Shown here: positions 39,301-50,618 of the stretch, piece after piece
Layout: each line of letters starts with the position of its first letter
Numbering within the stretch: the stretch's first letter is position 1
Assembly (NCBI GenBank): GCA_963776275.1
Contig: CAVZMI010000018.1
Span: 96,001-160,000, forward strand
Direction: 5' to 3'
Length of the DNA: 64,000 nucleotides
Origin: Ignavibacteriota bacterium
Lineage (GTDB): Bacteria; Bacteroidota; Ignavibacteria; UBA10030; CAVZMI01
Notes under the pieces: model-generated
Seen by the model: the letters and a program-made list of their open reading frames with translations, nothing else
Databases searched by the model: none
What the model was told of the DNA's origin: nothing
Made by a program: the position numbers and the translations under genes

Positions 39301-42300
39301 ACGTGCTCCTTTCGTTTTGACATACGATGGCTGTGTATTGTTAGGAAAGTTAGAATTAGCAATGCGAGTAGAATACAGCCGAGAGTACCCCATCCCGGAT
39401 AAGCGATCGGAACAAGCTTCAGCGGCGTATTGTCTCCCATAAGGATGAAACCCGCCCAGTAGAGAGGATCACCGTATCCATCCTGTATAAGCTTAAGTTT
39501 TGCCTCCCGGAGAGCGTCGGCTTTTGTCTTCCCGGAAAGCAGACCGGTGTAGAAATATTTCATTAGTATTGATGTCGATTGATCATCTACACTCCAGAGG
39601 CTGACAACAAGACTTGAAGAGCCGGCTGTCATAAACGCCTGGGTGATCCCGTTCAACCCTTCACCCCTTTGGAGTAATCCCAGGGCAGTGTTACAGGCAC
39701 TCAGTACGGTAAGATCGGCGCTAAGACGCATCTGATACAGCTCAAATGTTTGAAAATATGATGCTTGCTGCTCTGATACCATAGGTGTGAACATTAGTCG
39801 GGAGAATAATGGCTGCCGGTCATCGATAAAATAATGTGTCGCAATATGAAGAATTTGATATCTTGAAGCTTCGCTCTTGAATCGGTCGACCGTTGCTTCA
39901 CTTCCCGTTAGCTGCTGTGATCCTTCTATGAGTGACCCGATAGCGTGGACTTCATTTCCTGTATACGGCAGACTCGGAATGACCGAATCGGGAAATTCCT
40001 GTTGAAAACGGCGTGTCGATTGTGCGCCTTTATTTTCTCTAGATGGTGACAACACCGTCCCGAAATCAGGATTTCCGATGGCGAGAAGACGCTCTTCCGC
40101 ATGTGTGCGGTGTGAAAAATCCCAGCCGATTGCACTCGCTGATGGCAAATAACGAATCGTATACCGATGCAATAGAAACTCAACGTGTTCGAAATCAAAT
40201 TGAGGAGAGATACCCGACAGCGAAAGCGGTAATGCTTCAAAAGGGACATAATGAAGGATATCGTCAGGAATGATGACGAGATTCTTCTTTCCCTTAAGAT
40301 ATGGGGCCAGTGGAGGTACTATTATTGCGGATAATCTCGCGGCATCGTATAGATTATATGAAGAACGAATTCGAGGAGTGGGATTTTCCCTACCGTTTGT
40401 TTTTGATAACAACCGGGGGGAAACCGATCCTACAAGATGAATAAGGGTATCGCGGTCAACAGAGAGGTGAATATACGATGTACCGGTATTGGTAATTACA
40501 AACGCTCCGTATCCGTTAGTCGACCAGATATACGAAATCACTGCGTCGGATTCTCCAATTCGCCGATGGATTTCTTCTGGAGTTAGAAGAAGAAATTGTG
40601 GCGAAGCTGTTTCTCCACTTAGACGTGTCATTTCTTCATTGATTCGCTGACGGGATATCTCGATGAGATCGACACTATCCTGGAGTTTTCGAATAATCCC
40701 TTCATCGGATAAATCGCGGATTGCATTGAATAAACGCGAATTGAGATCCTGAAGTTGCTGGTCTACAGAGAACAGCGCTACACGAAGACTATCGGGAATA
40801 TTGGTTGAAAACTTCATTGTTCCGATAGAAATCCGATCCTGCAGCGTACGAGCACGTGCTCGTTCAGAAATCTGAAACGCCTCTTCGGTTTTTCCCTGGA
40901 GAGCAAGAAGATGAGCGCTATTGGTATAGAGGTTAATGTGTCGGGATAATATCTGCGCGGCCTGAAATTCATTGTGGACTTTTGTACGTAGTCGTTCGAT
41001 CGTTCTTATGCCTGCTGCATAATTTGATAAAGCGCTGTCGATATTCCCCATGGTGGTAAAAGTATTTCCCTGCTCTTCATATGCGGTCACGAGTCCATCA
41101 TAGTTGATATCCCAATCTTCCTTTGCATAGTACCATAGTAATTTCTGGTACGTAGATATTGCCTGATGCAGACGGCCATATTTTACGTGAAAGCGGGCGA
41201 GTGCCAGATAGTATGGGGCCTTGCTGTCGGTAAATTGTTCGAGGAACCGGCCGGATTTCTGAAATGCCCGGTCAGCTTCTTTTTCCTTTCCGAGAGCGCT
41301 GTAGACATTTGCCAATCCCAGTGTCAACATTCCGGCTCTGTAATCTTGAGATCGACGGTGCTGCAGCAACCTGCAGTCCTGATTGAAATGCCTTCAATGC
41401 AGATTCCTTCTGGTTGTCGGCGAGGAGAATTTCACCGCGGGTCTGCATGATGATCGGATATCCATATGCGTAGTTATTGCTATTAAGAACATCTATTGCC
41501 CGCTCGATAAAATCGAGCGCATGCGGATAATCCTGAAGCTCTTGATAGATTGTAGAAACCTTCCGGTAGTTTTCAAATGCATCAATATTTCGTATTTGCG
41601 ATTGGAGATCCCCTGCTTTTTTATAGCATGCTATTGCTTCTCTGTAATTTCCCAGGAGATACAAAGCAAAGGCTGCTTCCCGGAGATTAAAAGCTTCATA
41701 ATCCAATCGGTTTACCTCGTGCGAAAGCAAAGCTGCCCGTACCTGTCGTTCCGCAGCCTGATGATAGTTACCGACAGCTGCATCGAATTTACCCATAGCC
41801 CCGAGAAATATTGACATTTGCTCCTTGTTACCAAAACGCCGAGAAATTTCATACGACTTAGTATATTCCTGTCCATAACGAATATCCATGCGAAGCTGAC
41901 ATATTAAACCGAGGAGATGATGTGCCAAAGCATAAAGTTGGTCGTCTGTTTTTTTGATTTTTGGAATTACTCCCTCTAGTAGTACGTAGATGTCGCTGTA
42001 ATCACGAGGATAAACCCGATAATTATAAGCCACTGAATACGCCTTTGCCCGACAATAGTAATATTTCACATAAGCTGATGAATCAAGACGAAGAGCCCGT
42101 TCTGCATAGAAAAAACCGAAATCTTTTTCGATGTTCTTATGATAAAGTTCGGATAAACCGATTAAAGGAGCCGAATACGATCCGTGGCTGTGTGAAAGGG
42201 AGTCGAAGGTTCGAACAATTTCATCTAATGAAATAGTTTTATCGAATTGGTAACACTCTGCAAGCGCAAGGTAAGGGAAAAGGCACTGCGGAGCCTGATG

Positions 42301-42654
42301 GATACTTACATTAAAAAATGCTATAGCATCGCGGTACCGCATTCGGTATTTTGCGACCAGACCCCGTCCAAAAAGTGCATTTGGTGGGTTGAGATTCATT
42401 GTGCGGATGAAGAAACTATCCGCCTGATCGGTATGATGTGTATAGAAAGCAAATGCGGCAATACGGCTATATGCCTGGGTAAACCAGGGAGCTTCGTTGA
42501 CAAATGTATACAGATTCGAGAGAGCGCCGTCGTAATCCCCGTTTCCAGCCTTTTCAAGAATGGAGACATACCGGCGAGCCAGCGATTCCTGGAGTTGTTG
42601 GGAATACAGGGGAGCGCTAAGCAGGGAAAATGCGATGAGAACGAAACGCATCAT
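39297..42654 (-). CDS. Exported TPR-CHAT (caspase-like) protease with C-terminal membrane anchor (apparent frameshift at ~41368)
   Basis: Signal peptide MMRFVLIAFSLLSAPLYS, many TPR-like repeats, SERARAR, IIPDDILHYVPFEAL, ILHIATH (His), VLSACNT (Cys), SLWSVDD, PLYWAGF, terminal hydrophobic helix. Confidence 0.88.
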
Positions 42655-42712
42655 TTTCAGTGAATGACGACACTGATACAGTACCACAGAAAACACCCGG
42701 GTTAAGGATATA

Positions 42713-43618
42713 CTATCGTGACAGAGAACTTAGGATAATTCGAGCTGGCATCCGAAATGGATTATTTCGTTCGTTAACCTGCAGAAAATACGATTCGGCT
42801 TTCTTGACATCACCAAGCATTAAAGAAGCCTTTCCGAGTGCAAAACGGCATCCATCCTGAAAATCGCGCCGGTGATCATCGTTCCTGCTTATCCGGATCG
42901 CGTTTTGAAGATAGCGCATACCGTCGAGAACGGTCGTATGATCATAGTGCGGAAAGAGATTTAATGGTGCCCGCTCGGCAGAGTGAAGTAATGCAATTCC
43001 GAGTAAATAATCGACTGTGGCTTCAGTCACCGAATCTAATCGTGTGCGGCCAACAGCCTGAAGCCGGTCAATGGCTTCGTCATATCGGCCTGACTGTAAC
43101 GCACCTATCGCTTCAACCGGGAGATTTTGTTCTCCCCTGAGAGCGAGAGACTCCTGACCTAATTTTGCGAGGGACACCGTTGCCGGCGTAGTAATCGAAC
43201 TTATCACCGCGGCCGCTCCATACAGACATGCCACGAGAACAATTGTTCCGACTGCGATGCGGATCGAAGGAACAGGAAGTATCTGTCGTACCCTTATCTG
43301 AAAAAGACCGATTGGCCCTTTCCGTGGCGCCGAAGTCAATATGCGCGGAATTTCTGTAGCACCGATTGACTCGACCATCCGATGATAATCGTTTTTCAAC
43401 TTCTCGAAGACTTTTTGCCAGTAGGGATCGGTCGAAAGAATTTGTTGGGCTTTTTTCCGCTCTTCATCCAGACAGAGTCGGAGCCGACCGCTCTCGTCAC
43501 TGCAATACCGCATGAGCAGATCCAGGATTTTCTCGTCGTCGGTTTGATAACAGAGGTCGTGCCTGAGAGCGTGGAGCCTTTGTTTATCTTCAGTTGTTTT
43601 TTTCATCCTATCAGACAT
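42713..43618 (-). CDS. Putative anti-sigma factor: N-terminal soluble domain, single TM, C-terminal TPR-like domain
   Basis: Directly downstream of the ECF sigma gene. TM IAVGTIVLVACLYGAAAVI; TPR-like helices (YLLGIALL, FALGKASLMLGDVKKAESYF). Confidence 0.6.
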   Translation of the reverse strand: MSDRMKKTTEDKQRLHALRHDLCYQTDDEKILDLLMRYCSDESGRLRLCLDEERKKAQQILSTDPYWQKVFEKLKNDYHRMVESIGATEIPRILTSAPRKGPIGLFQIRVRQILPVPSIRIAVGTIVLVACLYGAAAVISSITTPATVSLAKLGQESLALRGEQNLPVEAIGALQSGRYDEAIDRLQAVGRTRLDSVTEATVDYLLGIALLHSAERAPLNLFPHYDHTTVLDGMRYLQNAIRISRNDDHRRDFQDGCRFALGKASLMLGDVKKAESYFLQVNERNNPFRMPARIILSSLSR

Positions 43619-43650
43619 TGATACTCCTTATTCATATCCATCGACCGCTC

Positions 43651-44242
43651 CTATATACTTGTCAGGAGAATATTCATCAAGGTTACAAGTTTGCGGGTAC
43701 GTCTCTGCAGTAACTGCACACCGCGGAACATCCGAATTTTCACATTTTGATACGAAATACCGAGAATTTCTGCAATCTCACTATACGATTTTCCTTCTAA
43801 GTAATGGAGCGTCAGTGTATCCCGGTACCGGCCGGGAATTTTTTTCAATTGTTCCAGGATGACCTTATAGCAATAGTTCATGGTGTTCATTATCATACAT
43901 GGCTGAATCTTCGCGTACCGCTCCGGTTTCTTCCGTAAGTTGCGTGAAACGCGATCGATTTGCGTATTTTAGCATGTAATAGTTTTTTGTGAGGAAGAAT
44001 GCTTTCCGCGCAACAAATGCCGCTACGCTTTCTTTACTTTGAATTTTCTGGTGGTTACGAAGGAACCAGATTAAAGTCTCTTGAATAATATCATCAATTG
44101 TGCCCGAGTCGTTAATGCGCCATGAAAGGCCTTTCTGTAATTCCTGCCGGAGTAGTTCACAAATCTCATTTGTGGCAGCTCGATCACCCCTCTGAACACG
44201 CGACAGAAGGCTGGTATATTTATCCTCAGGAAGATGCATCAC
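43651..44242 (-). CDS. ECF-type RNA polymerase sigma factor (apparent frameshift at ~43867)
   Basis: Region 2: QRGDRAA...DDIIQET. Region 4: YRDTLTLHYLEGKSYSEIAEILGISYQNVKIRMFRG. Removing one T joins the two ORFs. Confidence 0.88.
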
Positions 44243-44496
44243 ATTGGTGAGTACTTGAATACGGTAAGAATTTCTTTGTTTTCATTCATAATATAAAATT
44301 AATTCGTGAAATATCAAAAAAAATATTGTATCTTCCGGAGTTGACGACTTGACAAATTAAAGGGAAAGTATTGGGAAAAGTTTCACAAATCCCCGAATTC
44401 TGGCATTAACACAGGTATAAATGTCATTCCGAAGGAAACATAAGCACAATATATAGATACCACCATTTAACAAACCTATCAGACGGAGCTACTAAA

Positions 44497-45375
44497 ATGA
44501 ATACACCCCAACAACAGTACGGCATGGGATGGCTTCCGGACTATCCCGATTTTCGCGATTTTTCGTCTACTCATGAGACAATTGCACCGTTGCTGAAAAC
44601 GATGAAAGCTAATCGTCCGGGAAAACAGGCTATTCAATCATCGGTGGATTTACGTCAGTGGTGCTCACCAGTCGAGGATCAAGGAGAACTGGGATCGTGC
44701 ACCGCAAATGCAGGTGCGGGAATAGTGGAATATTTCGAACGCCGTGCATTCGGAAAGCATATCAATGCTTCACGACTATTTCTCTATAAGGTTACACGAA
44801 ACCTTGCTCACCTTAAAGGAGATTCAGGTGCGTACCTTAGATCAACTATGGGAGCTCTAGTTCTCTTTGGAATTCCGCCGGAAGAGTACTGGCCTTATGT
44901 CGTTTCTGACTATGAGAAAGAACCTCCGGCATTCTGCTATGCCTTTGCACAAAATTATCAGGCAATAAAATATTATCGTCTTGATCCTCCAAACACAACC
45001 GTCGATGCTCTTCTGACCAGTATCAAGACGAATCTTGCATCGGGTCTTCCGTTAATTTTCGGATTTACTGTTTACAATTCGATCTCGCATGCTTCATCCA
45101 ACGGCAGGATTCCATTCCCCTCGGCGGGAGAAAAAGTGGCAGGCGGACATGCTGTCATGACCGTGGGATATAATGATGAAATGAAAATCCGAAATGAATC
45201 TCCCGGAGGTCAGGAGACAGTCGGAGCTCTCTTGATTCGAAATTCGTGGGGAACTGGATGGGGAGAGAAGGGGTACGGCTGGCTGCCCTATGAATATGTT
45301 TTGAAAGGATTAGCAATCGATTGGTGGTCGTTGATTAAAATGGAATGGATTGAGACTGATGGATTTAAATTATGA
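44497..45375 (+). CDS. Papain-like cysteine peptidase (C1A)
   Basis: VDLR, DQGELGSCTA (Cys), GGHAV (His), IRNSWG (Asn). No signal peptide. Confidence 0.9.
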   Translation: MNTPQQQYGMGWLPDYPDFRDFSSTHETIAPLLKTMKANRPGKQAIQSSVDLRQWCSPVEDQGELGSCTANAGAGIVEYFERRAFGKHINASRLFLYKVTRNLAHLKGDSGAYLRSTMGALVLFGIPPEEYWPYVVSDYEKEPPAFCYAFAQNYQAIKYYRLDPPNTTVDALLTSIKTNLASGLPLIFGFTVYNSISHASSNGRIPFPSAGEKVAGGHAVMTVGYNDEMKIRNESPGGQETVGALLIRNSWGTGWGEKGYGWLPYEYVLKGLAIDWWSLIKMEWIETDGFKL

Positions 45376-45419
45376 TACAGCATCTTTTTATATTTACCGA
45401 TCAGAAAAAATAACGGCAG

Positions 45420-46008
45420 ATGAATATTCCAGAAATTCATCTTTTACTACCGCAATGGATCGAAAAGCTTGTTGATGATCGCGAGCTTCGGTATCGATCC
45501 ATTGAAGAACGAATGCACTTTGTTATCCGGTTGTCCCGGATGAACATCGAGAGGGGGACAGGTGGTCCATTTGGCGCGGTTGTGTTCAACACAACTGCAG
45601 GCACACTCCTTGCTGCAGGCGTTAATATCGTTGTCCCTTCCGGTTGTTCCGTCGCTAACGGTGAAATGATGGCGATGATGCTGGCACAAAAAATTCTTCA
45701 GCATTATGATCTGGGAGGCGAAGGGCAGCCGCAATGTCAGCTTGTGACTTCGACGGAACCGTGCGCAATGTGTCTTGGCGCCATTCCATGGTCGGGCGTC
45801 AGAAGCCTCGTATGCGGTGCACGCGACGAGGATGCCCGTGCAATTGGATTTGATGAAGGTCCGAAAAATTCCGACATGGAAAGAGGAGTTGGAAAAGCGT
45901 GGAATCGTTGTGATCCGGGACGTATGTCGTGAAGAGGCGAGGGCCGTGCTCCAAGATTATGAAGCACGAGGCGGCCTGATTTATAATAGTCGGCAGGGAA
46001 AATCATAG
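45420..46008 (+). CDS. Nucleoside deaminase family protein (frameshift at ~45865; HAE motif reads NGE)
   Basis: GGPFGAVV, EPCAMCLGA, GFDEGPK, then the C-terminus WKEELEKRGI...IYN in the shifted frame. Confidence 0.82.
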
Positions 46009-46236
46009 ATAGAATTTTTTGATATTCTTCTATTTGGCGCCGATTGTCTCCGACTTTTGTCAGGTTAAGCGTCCGCCCGACAGAGGCCGGACTGGTTGGT
46101 ATGAGGAATGATAGTAGAAATCGGCATTTTCAATAATGAACCTTCTCCTCCTTTCGATTGTCGGCCATGCTGACACTTTACACGATGCAAATCGGGGACT
46201 TGTCTCTTCTAATAATTACATTCTAGGAGGAATGTC

Positions 46237-46869
46237 ATGCAAAATCCAACCACAGTCTCTCAAAAAGTAGGGATAATATTATTCAGCATTGGCGCAATGT
46301 ATATGATCATCATGGGATGGTTGTTATCATGGTGGGTCGTGCCCGCGATTAGAGAAGGTGGCGTTGTAAATCTTCCCGGCCAGCTCTTCTTCTTTTTATG
46401 GAGCCTATCAACCCCACTGGGGGCGCTCCTTGTCACGATTGGTGCCGCAATGATGAGCCGGGTTGACCGGCGCCGCATATGGTTCATTCTTGGCGGCTTT
46501 GCGGTTGTGATCGCGTGGTTCATCATGGGAAGTACATCCCGGGTTATTCCCACACTTTTCGGTGTCGGTGGGGGATTGATTATGCTCTTTTTCCTGGGAA
46601 TGGTACTGGATTGGGTCAGGGATCGTCAGGCACTTTCAGACACTGAGAAATTGGGGGCAGATCTGCGAATCGTCGGTATGGTGTTTTTCCTTATTGCAGC
46701 CTGGTTTCTCTGCGGATTACTGGGAGCTCCTGTTTATCTATTACGTCCCGAGCTTCATGTTGAATCCGGCGGCGGTAGCTCTCTGGCTTCGACCATACTT
46801 ATCTGCCTCACTCTGGGATGGGGCTTTACATACTTTGGGAACCGTATATCCATGCGAAAGAAAGGATAG
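46237..46869 (+). CDS. Hypothetical integral membrane protein
   Basis: AGGAGG RBS and about 6 hydrophobic segments. Confidence 0.75.
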   Translation: MQNPTTVSQKVGIILFSIGAMYMIIMGWLLSWWVVPAIREGGVVNLPGQLFFFLWSLSTPLGALLVTIGAAMMSRVDRRRIWFILGGFAVVIAWFIMGSTSRVIPTLFGVGGGLIMLFFLGMVLDWVRDRQALSDTEKLGADLRIVGMVFFLIAAWFLCGLLGAPVYLLRPELHVESGGGSSLASTILICLTLGWGFTYFGNRISMRKKG

Positions 46870-46872
46870 GAT

Positions 46873-47286
46873 TTGCCTGAAGAAATATTTTTAAATCAGT
46901 CCAAACAGCCCGGCGAAAGTGATCTACAAGTAAGATTGGCCCGGTCATTTCGATTGCTTGACGATACTATCCGGGGCATTCATTCGGAATATCAAGGCAT
47001 ATCGTTTGATTGGAAATTCTCAAAGTTATCTGGATGGTATCTTGTCTATAACAGAAAGAAAAAGCGCCTTTTTTATCTATTTCCTTCAGACGATGATTTT
47101 ACTTGTAAGATTGTTTTCAACGATAAGTCTCTCCAGAAGATTAAGGATGGATCGTTTCCATCGTATATTCTCGATATGATCCAGAACGCGAAGAAGTACG
47201 CTGAAGGGACACTTTGTGTGTTTAATAAAAACAATTTCAAAGTCAAAACAATGATGGCATTACTGAGAATAAAAATCGAGAACTGA
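46873..47286 (+). CDS. DUF3788-like protein
   Basis: WKFSKLSGW...KKKRLFYLFP...AKKYAEG...LLRIK pattern. TTG start after AGGA. Confidence 0.7.
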   Translation: MPEEIFLNQSKQPGESDLQVRLARSFRLLDDTIRGIHSEYQGISFDWKFSKLSGWYLVYNRKKKRLFYLFPSDDDFTCKIVFNDKSLQKIKDGSFPSYILDMIQNAKKYAEGTLCVFNKNNFKVKTMMALLRIKIEN

Positions 47287-47383
47287 TCCACCATTATGCG
47301 CTATACCTTTGGTTGCCCACCGACGAGTCTATCGGAAGGTATTCGTTGTGTCGCCCCCACCTTATTGATTCGACATCTCCTCG

Positions 47384-47761
47384 CTACTGCACGGTAATTG
47401 TACCCACCATCATTGGGTGGTATATGCAATGATAGGGAAATGTTCCCGGTGTATCATAGATAGTCGTTTTGCTCGCCCCCGGCGCTATATCACCGGTATT
47501 CCAAACGCTTGTATTACTTGTAGAAGTATGGGTAATGCTGGAATTGTTGTACCTTGTGATTGTCGTGTGCTTCGCGATTGTCGGGCTTGCAGGAGTAAAG
47601 ATATTTCCAGCCATTGCAATTGTGAGTGTAAGTGTGTCCACACTTGTGTTTGGGGTTTGAGTGGTACTAGGCCCCGTTGAATTGTCATTGCATCCGCTTG
47701 GAAGCACGATGAGAGCTGCACTTAACAGCAAAAGGGAAAAAAGAACAGAGTATCTTATCAT
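47384..47761 (-). CDS. Cupredoxin (plastocyanin/azurin-like) lipoprotein
   Basis: Lipobox-like PSGC, HTST...YHCIYHPMM type-1 copper ligands. Confidence 0.82.
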   Translation of the reverse strand: MIRYSVLFSLLLLSAALIVLPSGCNDNSTGPSTTQTPNTSVDTLTLTIAMAGNIFTPASPTIAKHTTITRYNNSSITHTSTSNTSVWNTGDIAPGASKTTIYDTPGTFPYHCIYHPMMVGTITVQ

Positions 47762-47965
47762 ACCGCATCTCCTTATAATTAGACTTGATTTATATATCCA
47801 ATAACGTCTTTTCAGGAATCCCGGTTCCTTTGTTAGATTCTCCCCGACATGCTTGTTCTGAAAATCCACAGTTTGCAAATCAAGCGATATTTGGCTATTT
47901 TTTGATGGACATTACATATTCCACTGCATACGAAAAGACATTATCATGATAAATAATTCAAGAAG

Positions 47966-48763
47966 GTGAAAACTCCGTACGTTATCTATCATCCATTAGA
48001 AGAAATCCAGGCTGTCGACACACACGGTCAAGGCTGGAGAGGAGAAACGGTACAGGAGGGCATCGACCTTTGCCGGTATCGTCTCATTGAGCCGTTTTTT
48101 CAAAATTATCTCCCGAGGGATGGGAAAATATTGGAAGCAGGATGCGGTCTTGGAGGCTGGGTCTTTTTTCTACGCAATATCGGCTATGACGTTGTGGGAA
48201 TCGAATTGTCTAAGGATGCGATCCGGATGGTCAGAGAGTATAACCCCGACGCTCCGGTATTGATGGACAATGTTCTTGGAACGAATTTTCCCGACAAGCA
48301 TTTCGATGCGGTAATCTCTCTCGGACTTCTTGAACATTTTGAGGAAGGGCCCCAACTTGCATTTCGGGAAATCCGTAGAATTCTCAAAGACAATGGTACA
48401 TTCTTTGTAACTGTGCCGATCCAGAATATGAACAGAAGACTAGTGGCGAATCCACTGAAAGAATTCAAGCGCTGGCTCAGAAAACGCGGCGGTGTTAAGT
48501 ATGCCTTTGAAGAGTATCGTTATACAGTTTCAGAGTTTTCGGATTTACTGAAGGACGCAGACTATGAAATACTGGTATGCGTTCCGGACGAATATCAGCG
48601 TCCCAGGTGCATTGGATTATTTGTCGATTATCCCTTCCTGCGCCACAGAAAGAATAAATGGGAGTTGAACTGGATCGGTAATATGCTTAATGCAGTATTG
48701 AGTTCTCTCTCTCCCTGGTTGACAACCGGTGGAGCACTCTGGATATGTCGGAAGAAAGGATGA
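47966..48763 (+). CDS. Class I SAM-dependent methyltransferase
   Basis: ILEAGCGLG, FDAVISLGLLEHF, RILKDNG. Confidence 0.88.
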   Translation: MKTPYVIYHPLEEIQAVDTHGQGWRGETVQEGIDLCRYRLIEPFFQNYLPRDGKILEAGCGLGGWVFFLRNIGYDVVGIELSKDAIRMVREYNPDAPVLMDNVLGTNFPDKHFDAVISLGLLEHFEEGPQLAFREIRRILKDNGTFFVTVPIQNMNRRLVANPLKEFKRWLRKRGGVKYAFEEYRYTVSEFSDLLKDADYEILVCVPDEYQRPRCIGLFVDYPFLRHRKNKWELNWIGNMLNAVLSSLSPWLTTGGALWICRKKG

Positions 48764-48925
48764 TGTTAAAAAAGCCGGTGATTCACTACGATAACTTCTG
48801 TCGCTTGTTAAATATGAAATTCTTGCAGTACTCGCTTCAAACTCTCTCGTATATATATGTAAAGTCGATTTGCCTGAATAGTTAGAAATCTTTATACTTT
48901 TATTCAAAATAAGAAGTGATAGGAA

Positions 48926-49867
48926 ATGCCACGAACAATCTTCTTCATAGTCGCCGGTCTGTTTCTGCTGATATTACTGGCGGTTTGGTTGTATACTGGG
49001 GGTGGTCGGTTTTTGCACCGCTCGACCCGGGCGCTGTTTCGCAAACTTGGCTTCCGCCGATTGCTCAGACTTAAAGCCCTTCATGCATACGTCTATGGCC
49101 GCTGGACGAACCAGTATATTTATATTCTCTTAAAATGGATTCTTCCTCGTCTTAGTCCTCAGGGAAGGAAATGGTGGTCGGATCGGTATCACGGCAAGGT
49201 GATTACGCACGATCAGGCCAAAGCAATCATTACAATTGACAAAAAGATACCTCTTCGAGACCTCGAGCAAATAATCCCTTACCCGACGGCGCGGGATCTC
49301 GTGATCAAGGGTCCACCCGAAGTCGTCGTATTCGAATGCGCTTGCCGTCATGCTCGTGAGAATCCATGTCAGCCGACGCAGGTATGCATGGTCATAGGTC
49401 AGCCGTTTGCAAATTTCATCCTGCAGCATAAACCCGAGACCAGCCGTCGCCTTACGCAGGCTGAAGCACTAGAACTTCTACGGGCCGAGTACGAACGCGG
49501 CCACCTACACTCAGCCTGGTTCAAAGATGCTCTGCTGAACCGGTTTTACGCTATATGTAACTGCTGTAAATGCTGCTGTGGAGGCATTGAAGCCATGACA
49601 AAATATGGTACACCTATGATGGCTTCCTCAGGCTTTGTGTCACAGGTAGACAGGGACCTTTGTACTTACTGTGATATTTGTGTGAACGCTTGTCCATTTG
49701 ATGCACTTATAGACGGCGACGTACCCACCGTCAACTGGGAGAAGTGTATGGGTTGCGGTGTCTGTGTGGGGCAGTGCGCACCCGGGGCTATCACATTAAT
49801 TCGCGACGAACGCAAAGGTATTCCACTGGATGTTCGATTGATGGCACAGGAGCATATCATGAAGTGA
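48926..49867 (+). CDS. Membrane-anchored 4Fe-4S dicluster protein
   Basis: N-terminal TM, CACR, ICNCCKCCC, CTYCDICVNACP, CMGCGVCVGQC. Confidence 0.85.
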   Translation: MPRTIFFIVAGLFLLILLAVWLYTGGGRFLHRSTRALFRKLGFRRLLRLKALHAYVYGRWTNQYIYILLKWILPRLSPQGRKWWSDRYHGKVITHDQAKAIITIDKKIPLRDLEQIIPYPTARDLVIKGPPEVVVFECACRHARENPCQPTQVCMVIGQPFANFILQHKPETSRRLTQAEALELLRAEYERGHLHSAWFKDALLNRFYAICNCCKCCCGGIEAMTKYGTPMMASSGFVSQVDRDLCTYCDICVNACPFDALIDGDVPTVNWEKCMGCGVCVGQCAPGAITLIRDERKGIPLDVRLMAQEHIMK

Positions 49868-49990
49868 TCAATTATTATCAAAAGGAAAATGTGTTTATAT
49901 TTTAACAACAGAAAAATAATATTATAAACTCACGAAGATTTTATATAAAGAATGATCGAAATAGCATGATTGCAGAACAAAGAAGAAAAA

Positions 49991-50539
49991 ATGGAAATCA
50001 ATATCCTTGATAAAAAAACTTTGCCTGATGAAGCTCTCCATTCTATCATAGATCTGTTAATACAGATATGGCCGTCTAAAAATGGAATTGATAATGTCAC
50101 AGATAGAACCAAATCATATATGAAAGAAAATTCAACTCATTTTAATAAAGTAATATTATTATGGGAAGATCATACTGTAGCAGGTCATGCAGAAATTTTT
50201 GATAGGGAAATATTTAGCAATAATAGAAAAATACGCAATATGGCTTTAGGCGGTGTTTGTGTGCGACCATCTTATAGAGGAAAAGATTTTGGGAAGATCG
50301 TAGTACAAAAAGCTTTTCACTATGTTGATATCGGTCAATTTGAGTGTTCTGTTTTTCAGACAAATATACCGCAATTTTATGATAAATTAGGAGCAAGGAT
50401 AATTCATAATAAATTCTTTAATTCTCAGAATAAGAGTAATGATGTAACAATTCCGAATTGGGGCCCTTATATCATGGTATATCCCAAAGAATATGCATTT
50501 GATAATTTCGAAATTGATTTGAATGGGAACGGATATTAA
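49991..50539 (+). CDS. GNAT family acetyltransferase
   Basis: LGGVCVRPSYRGKDFGK, FYDKLG. AT-rich gene. Confidence 0.8.
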   Translation: MEINILDKKTLPDEALHSIIDLLIQIWPSKNGIDNVTDRTKSYMKENSTHFNKVILLWEDHTVAGHAEIFDREIFSNNRKIRNMALGGVCVRPSYRGKDFGKIVVQKAFHYVDIGQFECSVFQTNIPQFYDKLGARIIHNKFFNSQNKSNDVTIPNWGPYIMVYPKEYAFDNFEIDLNGNGY

Positions 50540-50618
50540 TTCCCGAATCGTTTATTCTATGGAGCAGGACTATAAATTTGTAAATAACTCTTAGGATTTT
50601 ACAAAAACAGAGGAAATC

